A stretch of DNA of 61,594 nucleotides, filler included, from Stramenopiles sp. TOSAG23-3 (lineage: Eukaryota), in the NCBI GenBank assembly GCA_900128585.1. It is 14 parts of 14 records of this genome, joined end to end, with 100 filler letters (N's around TTAATTAATTAA, not from the genome) between each part and the next. Parts side by side here need not be neighbours in the genome. Positions count along the whole stretch, not along the records: positions 17,675 to 21,987 come from LT643873.1; positions 22,088 to 26,397 come from LT643874.1; positions 26,498 to 30,805 come from LT643875.1; 11 more parts are not named here. One strand, 5' to 3'. The notes beneath the pieces are model-generated. The model made no database searches, had not been told where the DNA came from, and saw nothing but the letters and a program-made list of their open reading frames with translations. Shown here one piece after another: positions 20,062 to 30,905 of the stretch; position 1 is the stretch's first letter, and each line of letters opens with the position of its first letter. The position numbers and the translations under genes were made by a program.

Positions 20062-21612
20062 TTACATGGCAGGGTGGACCTTGTCAAACTTTAACGGGGA
20101 AACTTTCTGCCCCACCCCTTCCGAGTCAATGTCACTGTCGGAGTCCATGGAGTCGTAGCGGGCGAACTGCTTCTGCTGGGACTTGCCGAGCGAGGAAAAG
20201 GACGAGAAGTCGGCGCTATTGTTGCCGTTCGTCTTGTCCGCAAAGAGACGTTTGTGGTAGTTGCCCACGCTGTTCTCGAGCTTCTTGAACATGCCGATGG
20301 CCTGCTCTTTCTCGTCCTCGAAGCGCACCTGCATCATGCCCGTCTCTTCTTTCAACCGTCTTATTTCGCTATTAAGCCTATCCTTCTCTTTTTGGGACAC
20401 CGTGCGGTTCTGAAGGAGCTCCTGGTAGTCCCGCTGGGCCTCCTCTAAGCACTGTTGGCTCGCGGCCTCCTTCGCCATGCGGTCCTGGCGGGCCTTCTTC
20501 AGCTTCTCTCTCAGGCTGCTCGCCGCGTTTTCCTGGTTCGCTTCCCTCGCCTTCAGCTCTTTCTCCTCCCCCTCGCTCTCCTTTATCGTTTTTTCCGCCG
20601 CCTGCCGCGCCTTTTTGGCGACTTTGAAGGCGGCTATGCTCCCGTTTGCGGTGTCCAACAGGCCCATGATCTTGTCCATGTCCTCGGTCAGCTTGGCCAC
20701 GGTGGCCTGCTTGGCCTCTTCCTCCTTCAGCTTCATGCTTTCGGCGGAGAACTCCTTCCGCTGGTTGATCACCCGCTGCTGCATCTCCGCCAGCTCCCCC
20801 TTGATTCGGTCGGGGGAAGAGATTACCTGGTTCTGCAGCTGCTCGCATTCCTCCCGGGCCCCCAAGATCTTGAACTTGGTGGCCTGGACGTTGCTCTGGA
20901 CCGCCTTGATCTCGTTCGCCAGCTTCCCGACGTCGTGCTTGAGTTGGCCTTCTTTGTCGGACACTTGGCCAACCTTCTCGGACAGCTCGACGTTCTCAAT
21001 CTCAATGTCCACGATCTCTTGCTTGTCCTTCTCCTGTTGCTCCTTCATTGAGGCGATCTTGTCCTGAAGCTTCGCCTGCTCCCGAAGCAGCTGCTGCTTC
21101 TCCTCCATGAGCGCTTCCGTCGACGCAGTCATTTCTGTGTAATGCTGCACGCGCTCTTCCCGGAACTTTGCAAAGTTTATTATGGCCGACAGGTTGCGAA
21201 CGTACCGCTCGCCGTTGGGCTTGATGACATCGTGCATGAACGAAAAGTCCGGCACCTGAGCCGCCGACATAAGCTTGCTCACCGTGCGCCAGAAGGAAAT
21301 CTTCGGGACGCTCTGCTCGTGAAGTTCTGGGTACGATAAAGCGGACAGCCCCGCGAACTTTCCCTGGCTCAGTTCCTCCGCAGTGACCCCCATGCAGTAC
21401 TCCGTCAGCTTCGTGTAGACCTCTTGCACGGCCACCTGCTTCGGGTGCGTAACATCTTTCTCTACCATCTCAATTCCCAGCTCGCTCATGCACTCCACAA
21501 TGTCCTCGCTGTTTAGAATCGGGAACGAGTAAGTCGGAGCCTTCTTCTTTTTACGGGATGGGGTCGGTCCTCCCCGCCCACGGCCAAACGATTGCCGCCC
21601 ACCGAACGACAT
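20062..21612 (-). CDS. NUF2: Kinetochore protein Nuf2 (Ndc80 complex)
   Basis: N-terminal CH domain YSFPIL...DVIKPNGERYVRNLSAIINFAKFREE followed by a long coiled coil. Confidence 0.93.
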   Translation of the reverse strand: MSFGGRQSFGRGRGGPTPSRKKKKAPTYSFPILNSEDIVECMSELGIEMVEKDVTHPKQVAVQEVYTKLTEYCMGVTAEELSQGKFAGLSALSYPELHEQSVPKISFWRTVSKLMSAAQVPDFSFMHDVIKPNGERYVRNLSAIINFAKFREERVQHYTEMTASTEALMEEKQQLLREQAKLQDKIASMKEQQEKDKQEIVDIEIENVELSEKVGQVSDKEGQLKHDVGKLANEIKAVQSNVQATKFKILGAREECEQLQNQVISSPDRIKGELAEMQQRVINQRKEFSAESMKLKEEEAKQATVAKLTEDMDKIMGLLDTANGSIAAFKVAKKARQAAEKTIKESEGEEKELKAREANQENAASSLREKLKKARQDRMAKEAASQQCLEEAQRDYQELLQNRTVSQKEKDRLNSEIRRLKEETGMMQVRFEDEKEQAIGMFKKLENSVGNYHKRLFADKTNGNNSADFSSFSSLGKSQQKQFARYDSMDSDSDIDSEGVGQKVSPLKFDKVHPAM

Positions 21613-22623
21613 GCTCTTCTTCTTCGCAAATGAGAACTAAGCAACGATACCCGATCCTTTTTCGCGTCGTTCGTTCAGTTCAAACGTTGTGAATATGTAC
21701 TGGTCGACCGCTTGGAATAACTCTATGCAAATTGTTTGAACCTTTCTTTCCCAACTCTTTCATTTCAATTGTTTCTTTAGAAATGTTTTAACTTCTCAAA
21801 AACTAACTCTTCTAACAGAACACACACACACCAAGAATTACTGAAGAAGAGAGAGAGAGAAGAAGAAGAGAAAAACCAAATTTTAAGACAACAACAACAA
21901 CAACAACACGGAAGGAGGGAAGGAAGGAAATAATACACAGCTACTTGGAACTATACCACGTAATAGCTAATTATATAATATTAAATANNNNNNNNNNNNN
22001 NNNNNNNNNNNNNNNNNNNNNNNNNNNNNNNTTAATTAATTAANNNNNNNNNNNNNNNNNNNNNNNNNNNNNNNNNNNNNNNNNNNNGGCGATTGATGAA
22101 TTCAGTAGGGGGGCAGCGACTGTATTTGTTTTTAGGTTGTCCGGATCTGCCGTCCTGTACTGTGATGATGTAATATTATAGTGTCGTCTCTTTTTCTTTT
22201 TATATTTAAATAAAATATCAACCCCAACCCCCAACAACCGTTATTTTATTATTTTATTTTAATTAATCAATTTTCCATTTCTTCTTTTTCCTCCCATACT
22301 GTGTTTATATTATTTAATAATTAACCTTAAAAAAAAAATGTATTTAATTATTGTTATTGTTGTTGAAAGAAAATTAAAAAATAAAAATAATTTTAAGAAA
22401 ACATGAGAATTTTGTTATACCACCCCCACCGACCGACCACTTTTATTGTGGTTTGATTTCATTCATGCGATTATTTATACAGATCATACATCAATATCAA
22501 TAGTAAAAGATGCAAATAATTAAATTCATAGGAACAAGAAAGAAAGACAGACAGCACGACGAGGCGGTCGGGGAGAGTCTAGGCGAGTAAGTAGGACGGG
22601 AAGACGGTAGAGAACGCTCGGTC

Positions 22624-25600
22624 ATGGGGTGCTTGTGTTGTTGTTGCAGAAAGAAAGGTCCCCCGGAAGTTGTGCCTGACGACGGTTGCTGGGAGTCGTT
22701 CAAAGACTTCGTTATCGTGGGGCGCCGAAGGGATCGTATGATTCTATTGGAACAGCGCAGGATGAGAAAGTGGAAAGTCATTGAGCAAATAAGAGCTCAG
22801 GATTACCTAATTGCTGGGGCGCGGGAGGAAGCGTATAAGCGAGAAGAAGCGTCGGACAAAATTTTTGAGCCGAACCGTGCATTAGAAGACATGAACAAGG
22901 ACGTTCCAGAACAGGTGGAGGACTGTTGCAATATATCCGAAGAGGAAGGGGGTCGCTGCGAAGAGCTGTGGAAGCACGTGGACTTGAAAAAGCTGACGTA
23001 TGATTTTCTGTATGAATGTTGCGAGCGCCATGAGTTGAGCGTTGAAGGCTCGCGCCTGATGCTGGAGACCCGGATCAACAAGTGGCGAAGGGCCCCGGAG
23101 ATTGAGCTGGAACGTTTGGAGGAGCTGGAGCGCAAGAGGAAGATAAGACACGACAACGAGGCCGGGACCGTGTACGCTTTCGGAAAAAATGAGTACGGGC
23201 AGCTGGGCCTCGGAAGCACCGATGAGGGGTTTGTCCGATGGCCCAGGGCACTGCCAACGATGAAGAACAAGGGCGTGTCTACGGTGTACGCAGGGTACGA
23301 CGCGAGCGTCGGGGTCGCCGTCAACGACGACGGGGACGTGTTTCTGTGGGGCGACGTGTGCGGTCAGATTGCCGACCCAAGGCGGCAAAAGATCATCAAC
23401 AACATCGACAACAGCGCGCTGGAACGACTAAATTATGTGCCAACTATTGAAGAGACCTTTCGCTACCCGACGGACGTCGAAATCGTCCGAGAAGAAGTGT
23501 TGGAACGCTTCGCCAACCAGCACCTAGAGTTCTCCTTCCACCAACGGGAGCAGTTTGGCATGGCAAAACTGTACGACAAATACGGAGAGTACCTGAACGG
23601 TAGGGCCGAAAGGCCCACACTGTCAGACTTGAAGCCGTACCTGGAGCTGTCCGGGGACATTGAGCGGTGGAAGAACATGTATGCCGGCTGGATGGAGGAG
23701 GACATGAAGGAGCGAGAGCGGCCCCCCACCCCACGAGTCGTGCCGGCCCCCTTTGTCCTGGAGTCCCTTCGGGGCGAGGACGTTCAGTCCGTTGCGATTG
23801 GGAAAACCGTCGACCACGAGCACGTGCTGCTCCTGACTGTGGAAGGCGGCGACTTTTACTCTGCGGGCACGAACGACAAGGCGCAGCTCGGCTACGAGGT
23901 CAACGAGGTGTCTCGCCTGCCCATGACGTGCCACAAGCGAATGCAGCCGTTGGAAATGGTCGCCTGCGGGCAAGAGCACGCCGCTGCTGTCACTGCCAAC
24001 GGGGCCCTGCTGACTTGGGGGCACAGCAAAGAGGGAAAACTGGGCCATGGGATTTTGAAACGGCTGGGAATAGAGTACCCCAGGAACTTTCTGTTCGCGC
24101 CTGGCCCCGTGCGTGGTAATTTAGATAAAGTAAAGGTGTTAAAGGTTGCGTGCGGGCGCGTCCACACGGTTGCGGTTACGGCCGACTGCGAGTGCTTTTC
24201 ATGGGGGAGTGGCGCGGGGCACCGGCTCGGGCACGGGAGCTTGGACGGGGTCGACATGCCCAAACGAATAGAGGCGCTTGACGGTTTGACCGTGACGGAC
24301 ATTGCATGTGCGGGGTGGTACTCCATTGCGATGGTGGAGGACGCGCCGCGAGGTCCGGCGGCGCTGACCGACCCTTCTTTGGAGTCCAAGGAGGCGCTGG
24401 AAAGCGACCTGCGACCGAAGACCATGGTCGGGCTATACTCGTGGGGGTCTGGGACGGATGGGCAGCTTGGGCAAGGAAGCCAGTTGAGCGAAGTGCCGAA
24501 ACCAATCCTGACGCTGCTGGACCAAGAGGTAGTGCCCATGAGCTATTCGTGCGGGGAAAAACACGCCGCGCTGCTCAGCGAAGAGGGCCAAGTTTGGACG
24601 TGGGGCAACGTTTCCGCGATCGGTCGCCCCATTCCCCTACGGAACGACGTGGTCTCCATGAACAAAGCGCGAGGGGGGTACGTCGTGTTTTCGCCGCCGC
24701 GGCGCTTGCGAGAGCCACTGTCGGACCCCTTTCCGGGAGTGGTGAAAATTTTGCTAGACTACCCCATTGGTAACGCGGTCTCGGTCGCCTGCGGGTTGGA
24801 CTTTACCCTGGTTGCGACGAGGCGGTGCTACAATGACCCCCCTCCCGCCCAAAAACCTCCGTCCCCGAGGCGGGGGGGAAACGGGAAAGACGTGGCAACC
24901 ATCCCTAGGCGCGAAAAGAAGGAGTTGTCCCTGGACGTGCTGGAGAAGAATGACAGCGATGGCCATGGAACGATTGTGGACATTGCCGCGGAGGGTGGGA
25001 AGCCCGATATACTAATGATTCACCTCCAGAAGGGCGCGGATGTTGACATGCGCTCCACGAAAGATTCCTCTCAAGACACCGCCCTGATCGTTGCGTCCAG
25101 GTACGGGAACGGACCGTCTGTGGAGGTGTTGCTCCGGTACGGTGCAAACGTTCATTTGGCGAACAAAGACGGCCGGGGCGCCCTGGAAGAGGCCGTTGAG
25201 CAAAAGCGCTGGGGCTGCCTTCGAGCATTCCTGAACCACCGCAGCTACAAACATGCGAAGAACTTGTCGCTGCAGTGTGCAGCAAAGCGGGGGTACAACG
25301 ACGTTGTCGCGCTGGCGCTGGAGCATGGCGCGTATGTAGATTACTGCCCGGAGACGGACGAGACGCTGGAAACGCCTGTCATGTGGGCCGCGAGAAATGG
25401 TCACAAAGAAACCGTGCGACTTCTGTACGAAAACGGGGCGGACATCGAAATAAAGAACTTCGAAAACGAGCGCGCCATCGACTTTGCCCGCATTCAAGGG
25501 CACGGAGACATTGCCGACATGCTGCAACGATGGACAAGGAAGAAGAACAAGAAGCGGCTACTAGAAATGAAGCGGAAGTCTGTGATCGTTACAACACCCC

Positions 25601-26025
25601 GTGACGAGGATGGGGACAACGACAAGGAGTCCATCCGAAGGATGAGGAAAAAGATGAACCCTCCCTGCAACCAGTGCTTGCTTCAGAACTGGAAGGAACG
25701 TAAGGAGCGAAAGGAAGGTTGGTGCCCTGGCTTCCTCGGCCATGCAAGTGAGAATTCAAGAGTTGACGTATTTTACTGCCAATTCTGCCGGTGTCACTTC
25801 AAAGAGCACAGGTGGCCACTAAACCACCCTATCTACCTGGAATACGTGCGAAAAGAAAACGAGAGAAAGGGGATAAAGAGTGAAGAGGATGCGGTGGAAA
25901 TAGATATCCCAACAGCGTCAAGAGGGGGGCAAAGCAGAGGCAGTCATCTAGAGGACGATTTGGTCGTTGAGGATGCCTTTGAGTTTAGTGAAGATTACTT
26001 GCAAAACTTGGCAGAGCAACAATGA
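22624..26025 (+). CDS. RCC1-repeat and ankyrin-repeat protein with N-terminal acylation motif, SAP-like motif and C-terminal Cys/His cluster
   Basis: RCC1 repeats (VYAFGKNEYGQLG, VACGRVHT, SWGSGTDGQLG), ankyrin repeats (TALIVASRYGN, TPVMWAARNGH), start MGCLCCCC. Confidence 0.9.
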   Translation: MGCLCCCCRKKGPPEVVPDDGCWESFKDFVIVGRRRDRMILLEQRRMRKWKVIEQIRAQDYLIAGAREEAYKREEASDKIFEPNRALEDMNKDVPEQVEDCCNISEEEGGRCEELWKHVDLKKLTYDFLYECCERHELSVEGSRLMLETRINKWRRAPEIELERLEELERKRKIRHDNEAGTVYAFGKNEYGQLGLGSTDEGFVRWPRALPTMKNKGVSTVYAGYDASVGVAVNDDGDVFLWGDVCGQIADPRRQKIINNIDNSALERLNYVPTIEETFRYPTDVEIVREEVLERFANQHLEFSFHQREQFGMAKLYDKYGEYLNGRAERPTLSDLKPYLELSGDIERWKNMYAGWMEEDMKERERPPTPRVVPAPFVLESLRGEDVQSVAIGKTVDHEHVLLLTVEGGDFYSAGTNDKAQLGYEVNEVSRLPMTCHKRMQPLEMVACGQEHAAAVTANGALLTWGHSKEGKLGHGILKRLGIEYPRNFLFAPGPVRGNLDKVKVLKVACGRVHTVAVTADCECFSWGSGAGHRLGHGSLDGVDMPKRIEALDGLTVTDIACAGWYSIAMVEDAPRGPAALTDPSLESKEALESDLRPKTMVGLYSWGSGTDGQLGQGSQLSEVPKPILTLLDQEVVPMSYSCGEKHAALLSEEGQVWTWGNVSAIGRPIPLRNDVVSMNKARGGYVVFSPPRRLREPLSDPFPGVVKILLDYPIGNAVSVACGLDFTLVATRRCYNDPPPAQKPPSPRRGGNGKDVATIPRREKKELSLDVLEKNDSDGHGTIVDIAAEGGKPDILMIHLQKGADVDMRSTKDSSQDTALIVASRYGNGPSVEVLLRYGANVHLANKDGRGALEEAVEQKRWGCLRAFLNHRSYKHAKNLSLQCAAKRGYNDVVALALEHGAYVDYCPETDETLETPVMWAARNGHKETVRLLYENGADIEIKNFENERAIDFARIQGHGDIADMLQRWTRKKNKKRLLEMKRKSVIVTTPRDEDGDNDKESIRRMRKKMNPPCNQCLLQNWKERKERKEGWCPGFLGHASENSRVDVFYCQFCRCHFKEHRWPLNHPIYLEYVRKENERKGIKSEEDAVEIDIPTASRGGQSRGSHLEDDLVVEDAFEFSEDYLQNLAEQQ

Positions 26026-26497
26026 AATAGTTATTAAATATAAAAATATTTGAGATTAAAAAAAACCTTATATACATATAGTACGGTACCCAGGTACAGG
26101 TACCGGTACCAAACTGAGTTGGTACGAGGCCTCCTCATATCAAGTCTAAACCTAATTATAACACCACATTCTTCTGAAAAAGGATGATTGGATTCAGGAG
26201 GAAGAATGGCAGATGAGCTTCGTACCTTCGTACGATACGAGACTACGAACAGAAGAATACGAGGAAGGAAGAAGAGGAGGGAGGGGAGGACTTGGTTTTT
26301 TATTGATTGACGTCGGTTTCTTTTTTTTGCTTCTGTTTGTACGTAGTTATTTTTAGATATTTTTATTATATCTAATACTGGTATAATTCATAGACTANNN
26401 NNNNNNNNNNNNNNNNNNNNNNNNNNNNNNNNNNNNNNNNNTTAATTAATTAANNNNNNNNNNNNNNNNNNNNNNNNNNNNNNNNNNNNNNNNNNNN

Positions 26498-28470
26498 TCC
26501 AGGTACCCCACAAGTTTGCAGAAATCCGCCATCTGGCCGGAGCTCGAGTCCTCTTCGGAACCGTGCCCTTCTCCCTCCACTGCCGCGCCCTTCCGGAAGC
26601 CAAAAATTCCTTTAAGCGCAGCGAACCGCACTTCCTGCCGCGCATCGGCCGACAGCATCATGCACAGGTACCGCGTTGGAACGTGATCGGCTTGGAAAAT
26701 TCGAGTTGCCATCTGCACCGAGCACAGCCGGGCCCGGTACTCTTTGCTTTCTGCGTATTTCAACAGCATGGCCATCAGCTTTTCTAGAATTTCAGGGGAA
26801 CTATGCGCGTAGGCGGCGGCCAAACCGGACAGCGCTTCCTGCGCTGACGCCCTAAACTCGTTGTCGTTTTCAAGGAGGCCCTCAAAGCACATCAACGGTA
26901 GCTCCAAATTGCCCGAGAACAGAACGGGCTTCCGTGGGGCCAGCACGGACAGGGCTGAGTAGCAGTACTCGCGGAGGCGCCGGGACTCTTGGTCGGCACT
27001 GTTCCCGATCAGCCCAACCAACGTCTTTTGGACACCAGAAGATAGCAGAGGGGCAGTGACGTTGAGGGATGCGTCTGACGAGCTCTCAAAGCACCATTTG
27101 CACAGTCGTATCCCGGCAATCCTGTGTTTGGGTGTCGTCCCGGTCCCGTACAAACAATCGAAGACAACCTTCACGCAAAGGGCAGACTCTTGAGCGCAGA
27201 CCCTCGACCGAAGCAGGTCTTCCAGAATCCGAAGTTTCAGCGCTTGTCCCACTGCCTTCCGCACACTGCCCTTTGCTTTGTTCGATTGGGCCATGTCCCC
27301 CACGCACATTTGAAGTAGTGCGCGCACTAGGGTCGGCTCTTCCAGCTCGGGTCTTCCCTGAGGCAACCGGCGGTAAATGTCATTGCCGAGTTCTATCACC
27401 ACGTTGTTGCTGTCGGCGCGCGCGGCGAGGATGTGGCGCAGCACCCAGATGTCCGGGAAAACGTTCGAGCCAATGATCTTGATGATGCCTTCCTTGTACA
27501 GGTTCAGCTTCTTTTGCGGTAGCTCCGTCTTTGATGGGCCCAAAATGTTTGCCTTGGCCGCGGCGGACAGGCCCGCCGGGAGGTACGTGTCGCTGAGCTT
27601 TTGGCGGGTGGTCTGTTTCTCGTTCCCCTTCGGCATCAGCACGGTATAGTACGGGTTTATTCCGTCCGGGTGGACTTGAACGACCAATGCCACGTCGCCC
27701 GTGGGCAAGTAGTACACCGTTTGCCCGGGCTTCAGCACGTTGTTGCCGGGGGGTGGGGGCGTCTTGCTCAGGGCGTTGGCCCTTGTCACGGCCGACTGCG
27801 AGAGCAGCGGGGGGCGCCGGTACAGCAGAACGTCGAACCAGAAGTCCAAGATCATTTGCCTGTTGGCGTCCGAAGCTTCGTTCAGGAAGGCCATTGCTTC
27901 CCGTCGCCTATCGATTTCAGTTGGAATCGGAATATTCGGAATGATTTCTACCATGAGCCTTAAAATGGAGTACTTTTGCGACGCCGTCGTGGCGCAGGTC
28001 AGGCCGTCAATCAGCGACGGCAAGAGCGCCGCCTGCTCCACTCCCGAGAGCCTCGGCACGCCCAGAGTCATATACACCATGCCAAAATTGGTGCGGATCG
28101 GGTTTGGCGGAGGCAAGTGCTTCCTATTTGTCTGGCGCTCTGTCTCTTCGTCCTCCTCATCCTCCTCGTCGTCGTCTTCGCCGGAACCGCTTGGTGCGCC
28201 AGCATTTTCTGCCGTCTTTGCGCTGCTCCTACCAATCACCACGTCCAAGATTTGTTGGCAGGGTAGAACGACGGTTGGAATCGCTTTTATGCGCTTGTTT
28301 ACGTGCGAAAATATTTGAACTATCTTTGTCCGTACGCCTACGTTTCCCCAGTTAGTAGGAGTGAGTGCGAGAAGAAGCCTAGGCAATAGCTTAAAAATGA
28401 CCCCAGCGAACGACTCGTCTTTAGTAACACTCAGTCGAAACAAAACGTCCTCCAACTGTTTGACGTCCAT
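26498..28470 (-). CDS. ECM29: Proteasome adaptor ECM29 (HEAT repeats), 3' partial
   Basis: N-terminus LEDVLFRL...VRTKIVQIFSHVNKRIK...VVLP and NFGMVYMTLGVPRL, later LREYCYSALSVL and DHVPTRYLCMMLSADARQEVR. ATG at 28470. Confidence 0.88.
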
Positions 28471-28774
28471 GATAAAGTTCACAACCCTACAGGAACCCAA
28501 CGAACGGTTTTCTAAAATAAAAAAATATATAAAATTGGACTTTTGATCGTCGTATGAAATTGCTAATTGTTGTAAACTTTTACATTCATGTGTACATTGT
28601 CTAGTTTCAAAAAATCTCTCGTGAAATGGAATGGTCAGTACCTAATTAAATAGTTCCTTATATATATAATACGAATAAATATTACACAGAGTAAAGACAA
28701 GTAAAAAAAATAGATTTTTTTTTGAATTATTTTTTAAAATAATTATTATATTCTTCTCATTTTTTTAGAAGCAG

Positions 28775-28810
28775 AAAGAAAAAAAAAGAAAGAAAGAAAG
28801 AAAGAGTCGA

Positions 28811-28850
<40 letters not shown>

Positions 28851-28870
28851 ATAAAGAAAAAAGAGAAAAA
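28775..28870. repeat. (GAAA)n polypurine tract
   Basis: Interrupted GAAA run in the divergent intergenic region. Confidence 0.9.
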
Positions 28871-29610
28871 ATCCCACGCACCAACTAGAAAATGTCGTCA
28901 ATCAAAGTAAATTTTATTATTAATAATAATGTATTAATATAGGAATAGTATAAAAAATAATAATCAATTCAACAATTCAATTATAATATTTATTTATTAA
29001 ATTATATCTTCTTAAAAGAAGTGCGTGGTGTGCTGTGTTTTGAAAAAGATGATAAATTTTTATATACTCCTCGTACAGTCACGTACGTATATTATAAACA
29101 GTAGTATTCAATTATGACCAGTACGACCTCGTAGTATTCAATTATGAAAACAATTATTACAATATTGCGAGAAGAAGAGGAGGAAGAATAATAATTAAAT
29201 AATAAATATTAGGAATTATATTAATACAAGAACACAATACAGTGATTAACCGTTATATCGAAATAATAATAATATTTAAAACAAATAAATTTTTCATTTT
29301 ATTTTTTTTTTCTATAATACATAATAATAGACGACTTGATGTTGTCGTCTCTTTCTGTTTTTTGTTTGATTGGGTTTTCTTTCTTTTTTTGTTTCTTTCA
29401 GCAGAAGAAGTCTACAAGAGTGTGCATTATTTTTAAATATTTATAAGAACGAATGAAGAGAGAGACGGGGAAGTACAAGCAGCAGATTTATTTTAAACGA
29501 AAGAAAGGGATATATCGATGTGTATATATTGAATTGATTTGATTTGTACGTTGCATTTGATATTCGGAAACAAGTTCTGTGAGGATTGTGGTTGGAAGGA
29601 AGAACGCCCA

Positions 29611-30805
29611 ATGGCCGAATATGTGGACTATTCCAACGGGCGTCAAAACTATCGCCAACACTCGTACACTGGAGATGGTTCGTGGGAAAGAACCACCCAT
29701 GAAACAGATACATACGAAGACTCTATTTTGGAACAGAGTCGTCGGCAGTTTGAACGGTCAATACAAATGGAGAAGGAAAAAGAAAATGCGTATTTTGAAC
29801 AAATGAGAAGGGAAAACCGACAGCACAATCCCTACGAATTTCCTCCTCCAGGGCTTCCACCTCCGCCTCAAAACGTTCCCACTCGTAAAGATGAAATGCA
29901 ATCGCACTTGCGAATTGTGCGAGAAAAGCTGAGGTTGAGGCGCCTGCAGCACGAGAAAAACCAAATTGTTTCAAACGAGACGCGGTACAACAATATTATT
30001 AGTACAGTCAATAGAGAGTTGGAGCGACAGTCCGACGCCGTACATAATGTTGTAAACAATGTTCAGGCGAATGAAAGTGACACTGGCGTTGCAGAGCACT
30101 CTCCTGGGGGTGGATTGGAGGCTGTGTTCCCTCCCAAATTAATGAGCACAGTTCGTGAAGAAGTGCGGAGTCGCCGGCCCGATTTGTGGGAGGACCATCC
30201 TAGCGCAGAGAATAGAGACCAAAATCACGAAAATAATTTTACTGTGAACCGAGTTCATCCGTCCGAGTGCAAACGATACCAACCTTCTACAATTGATGAT
30301 TTTGGCGGCGGTCTGGGGGACATTTTGATTCGGCGTGAACCGAGACGAAGGCCGAGCGAAACGCTGCCAAGCCCGGTCTCTCAAGGAAGGCGCCCAAGAG
30401 GGCGCCCAAGAGTATCTGCTGCGGACTTTGGGGGAGATTTGGGACAGATCTTACGTCCCCATCGGTCGCAACAACAATTTCAACCGCGGCAACAGCAACA
30501 GCCCCACTCTAATGTACAAAATAGAACTGCGAGTTCGCTCCAAAGGGAACGGCAACAGGCCGCTATGAGTAATTGGGGAGGTGGTGGTCTTGGGGAAGTG
30601 CTAGTTTCCAGACCAAGTGAAAGTTTAGCACCTGTGGAAGCGCCCGCCCCACCCCTAAATCCTCGTTCTACAAGCCGCGCTGCCACAAATCGATTAAACA
30701 ATGACTTTGGAGGACAATCGTTGGGAGACATTATGTCGCAACCCAACCGCCGCCGACGCAATACGGCGAACGAACAAACCAGCAGCAACGCTCGTCCAGT
30801 AGAAG
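29611..30805 (+). CDS. Hypothetical, largely disordered protein with repeated (D/N)(F/W)GGx(1-2)LG motifs, 3' partial
   Basis: Open frame from ATG 29611 to the linker, rich in R/Q/P/N/S. Confidence 0.75.
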
Positions 30806-30905
30806 NNNNNNNNNNNNNNNNNNNNNNNNNNNNNNNNNNNNNNNNNNNNTTAATTAATTAANNNNNNNNNNNNNNNNNNNNNNNNNNNNNNNNNNNNNNN
30901 NNNNN

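Noticed and set aside
13502-21612. Apparent clustering of kinetochore genes CENP-X and NUF2, and of ubiquitin/proteasome genes elsewhere in the window
   Set aside because: They lie on different contigs joined only by length order.
29518-29610. In-frame ATG-TGT-ATA-TAT-TGA upstream of the 29611 gene, which would read CxxU...FCEDCG if TGA were selenocysteine
   Set aside because: AT-rich UTR-like composition, a good ATG at 29611, and no 3' UTR available in which to look for a SECIS. Likely chance.
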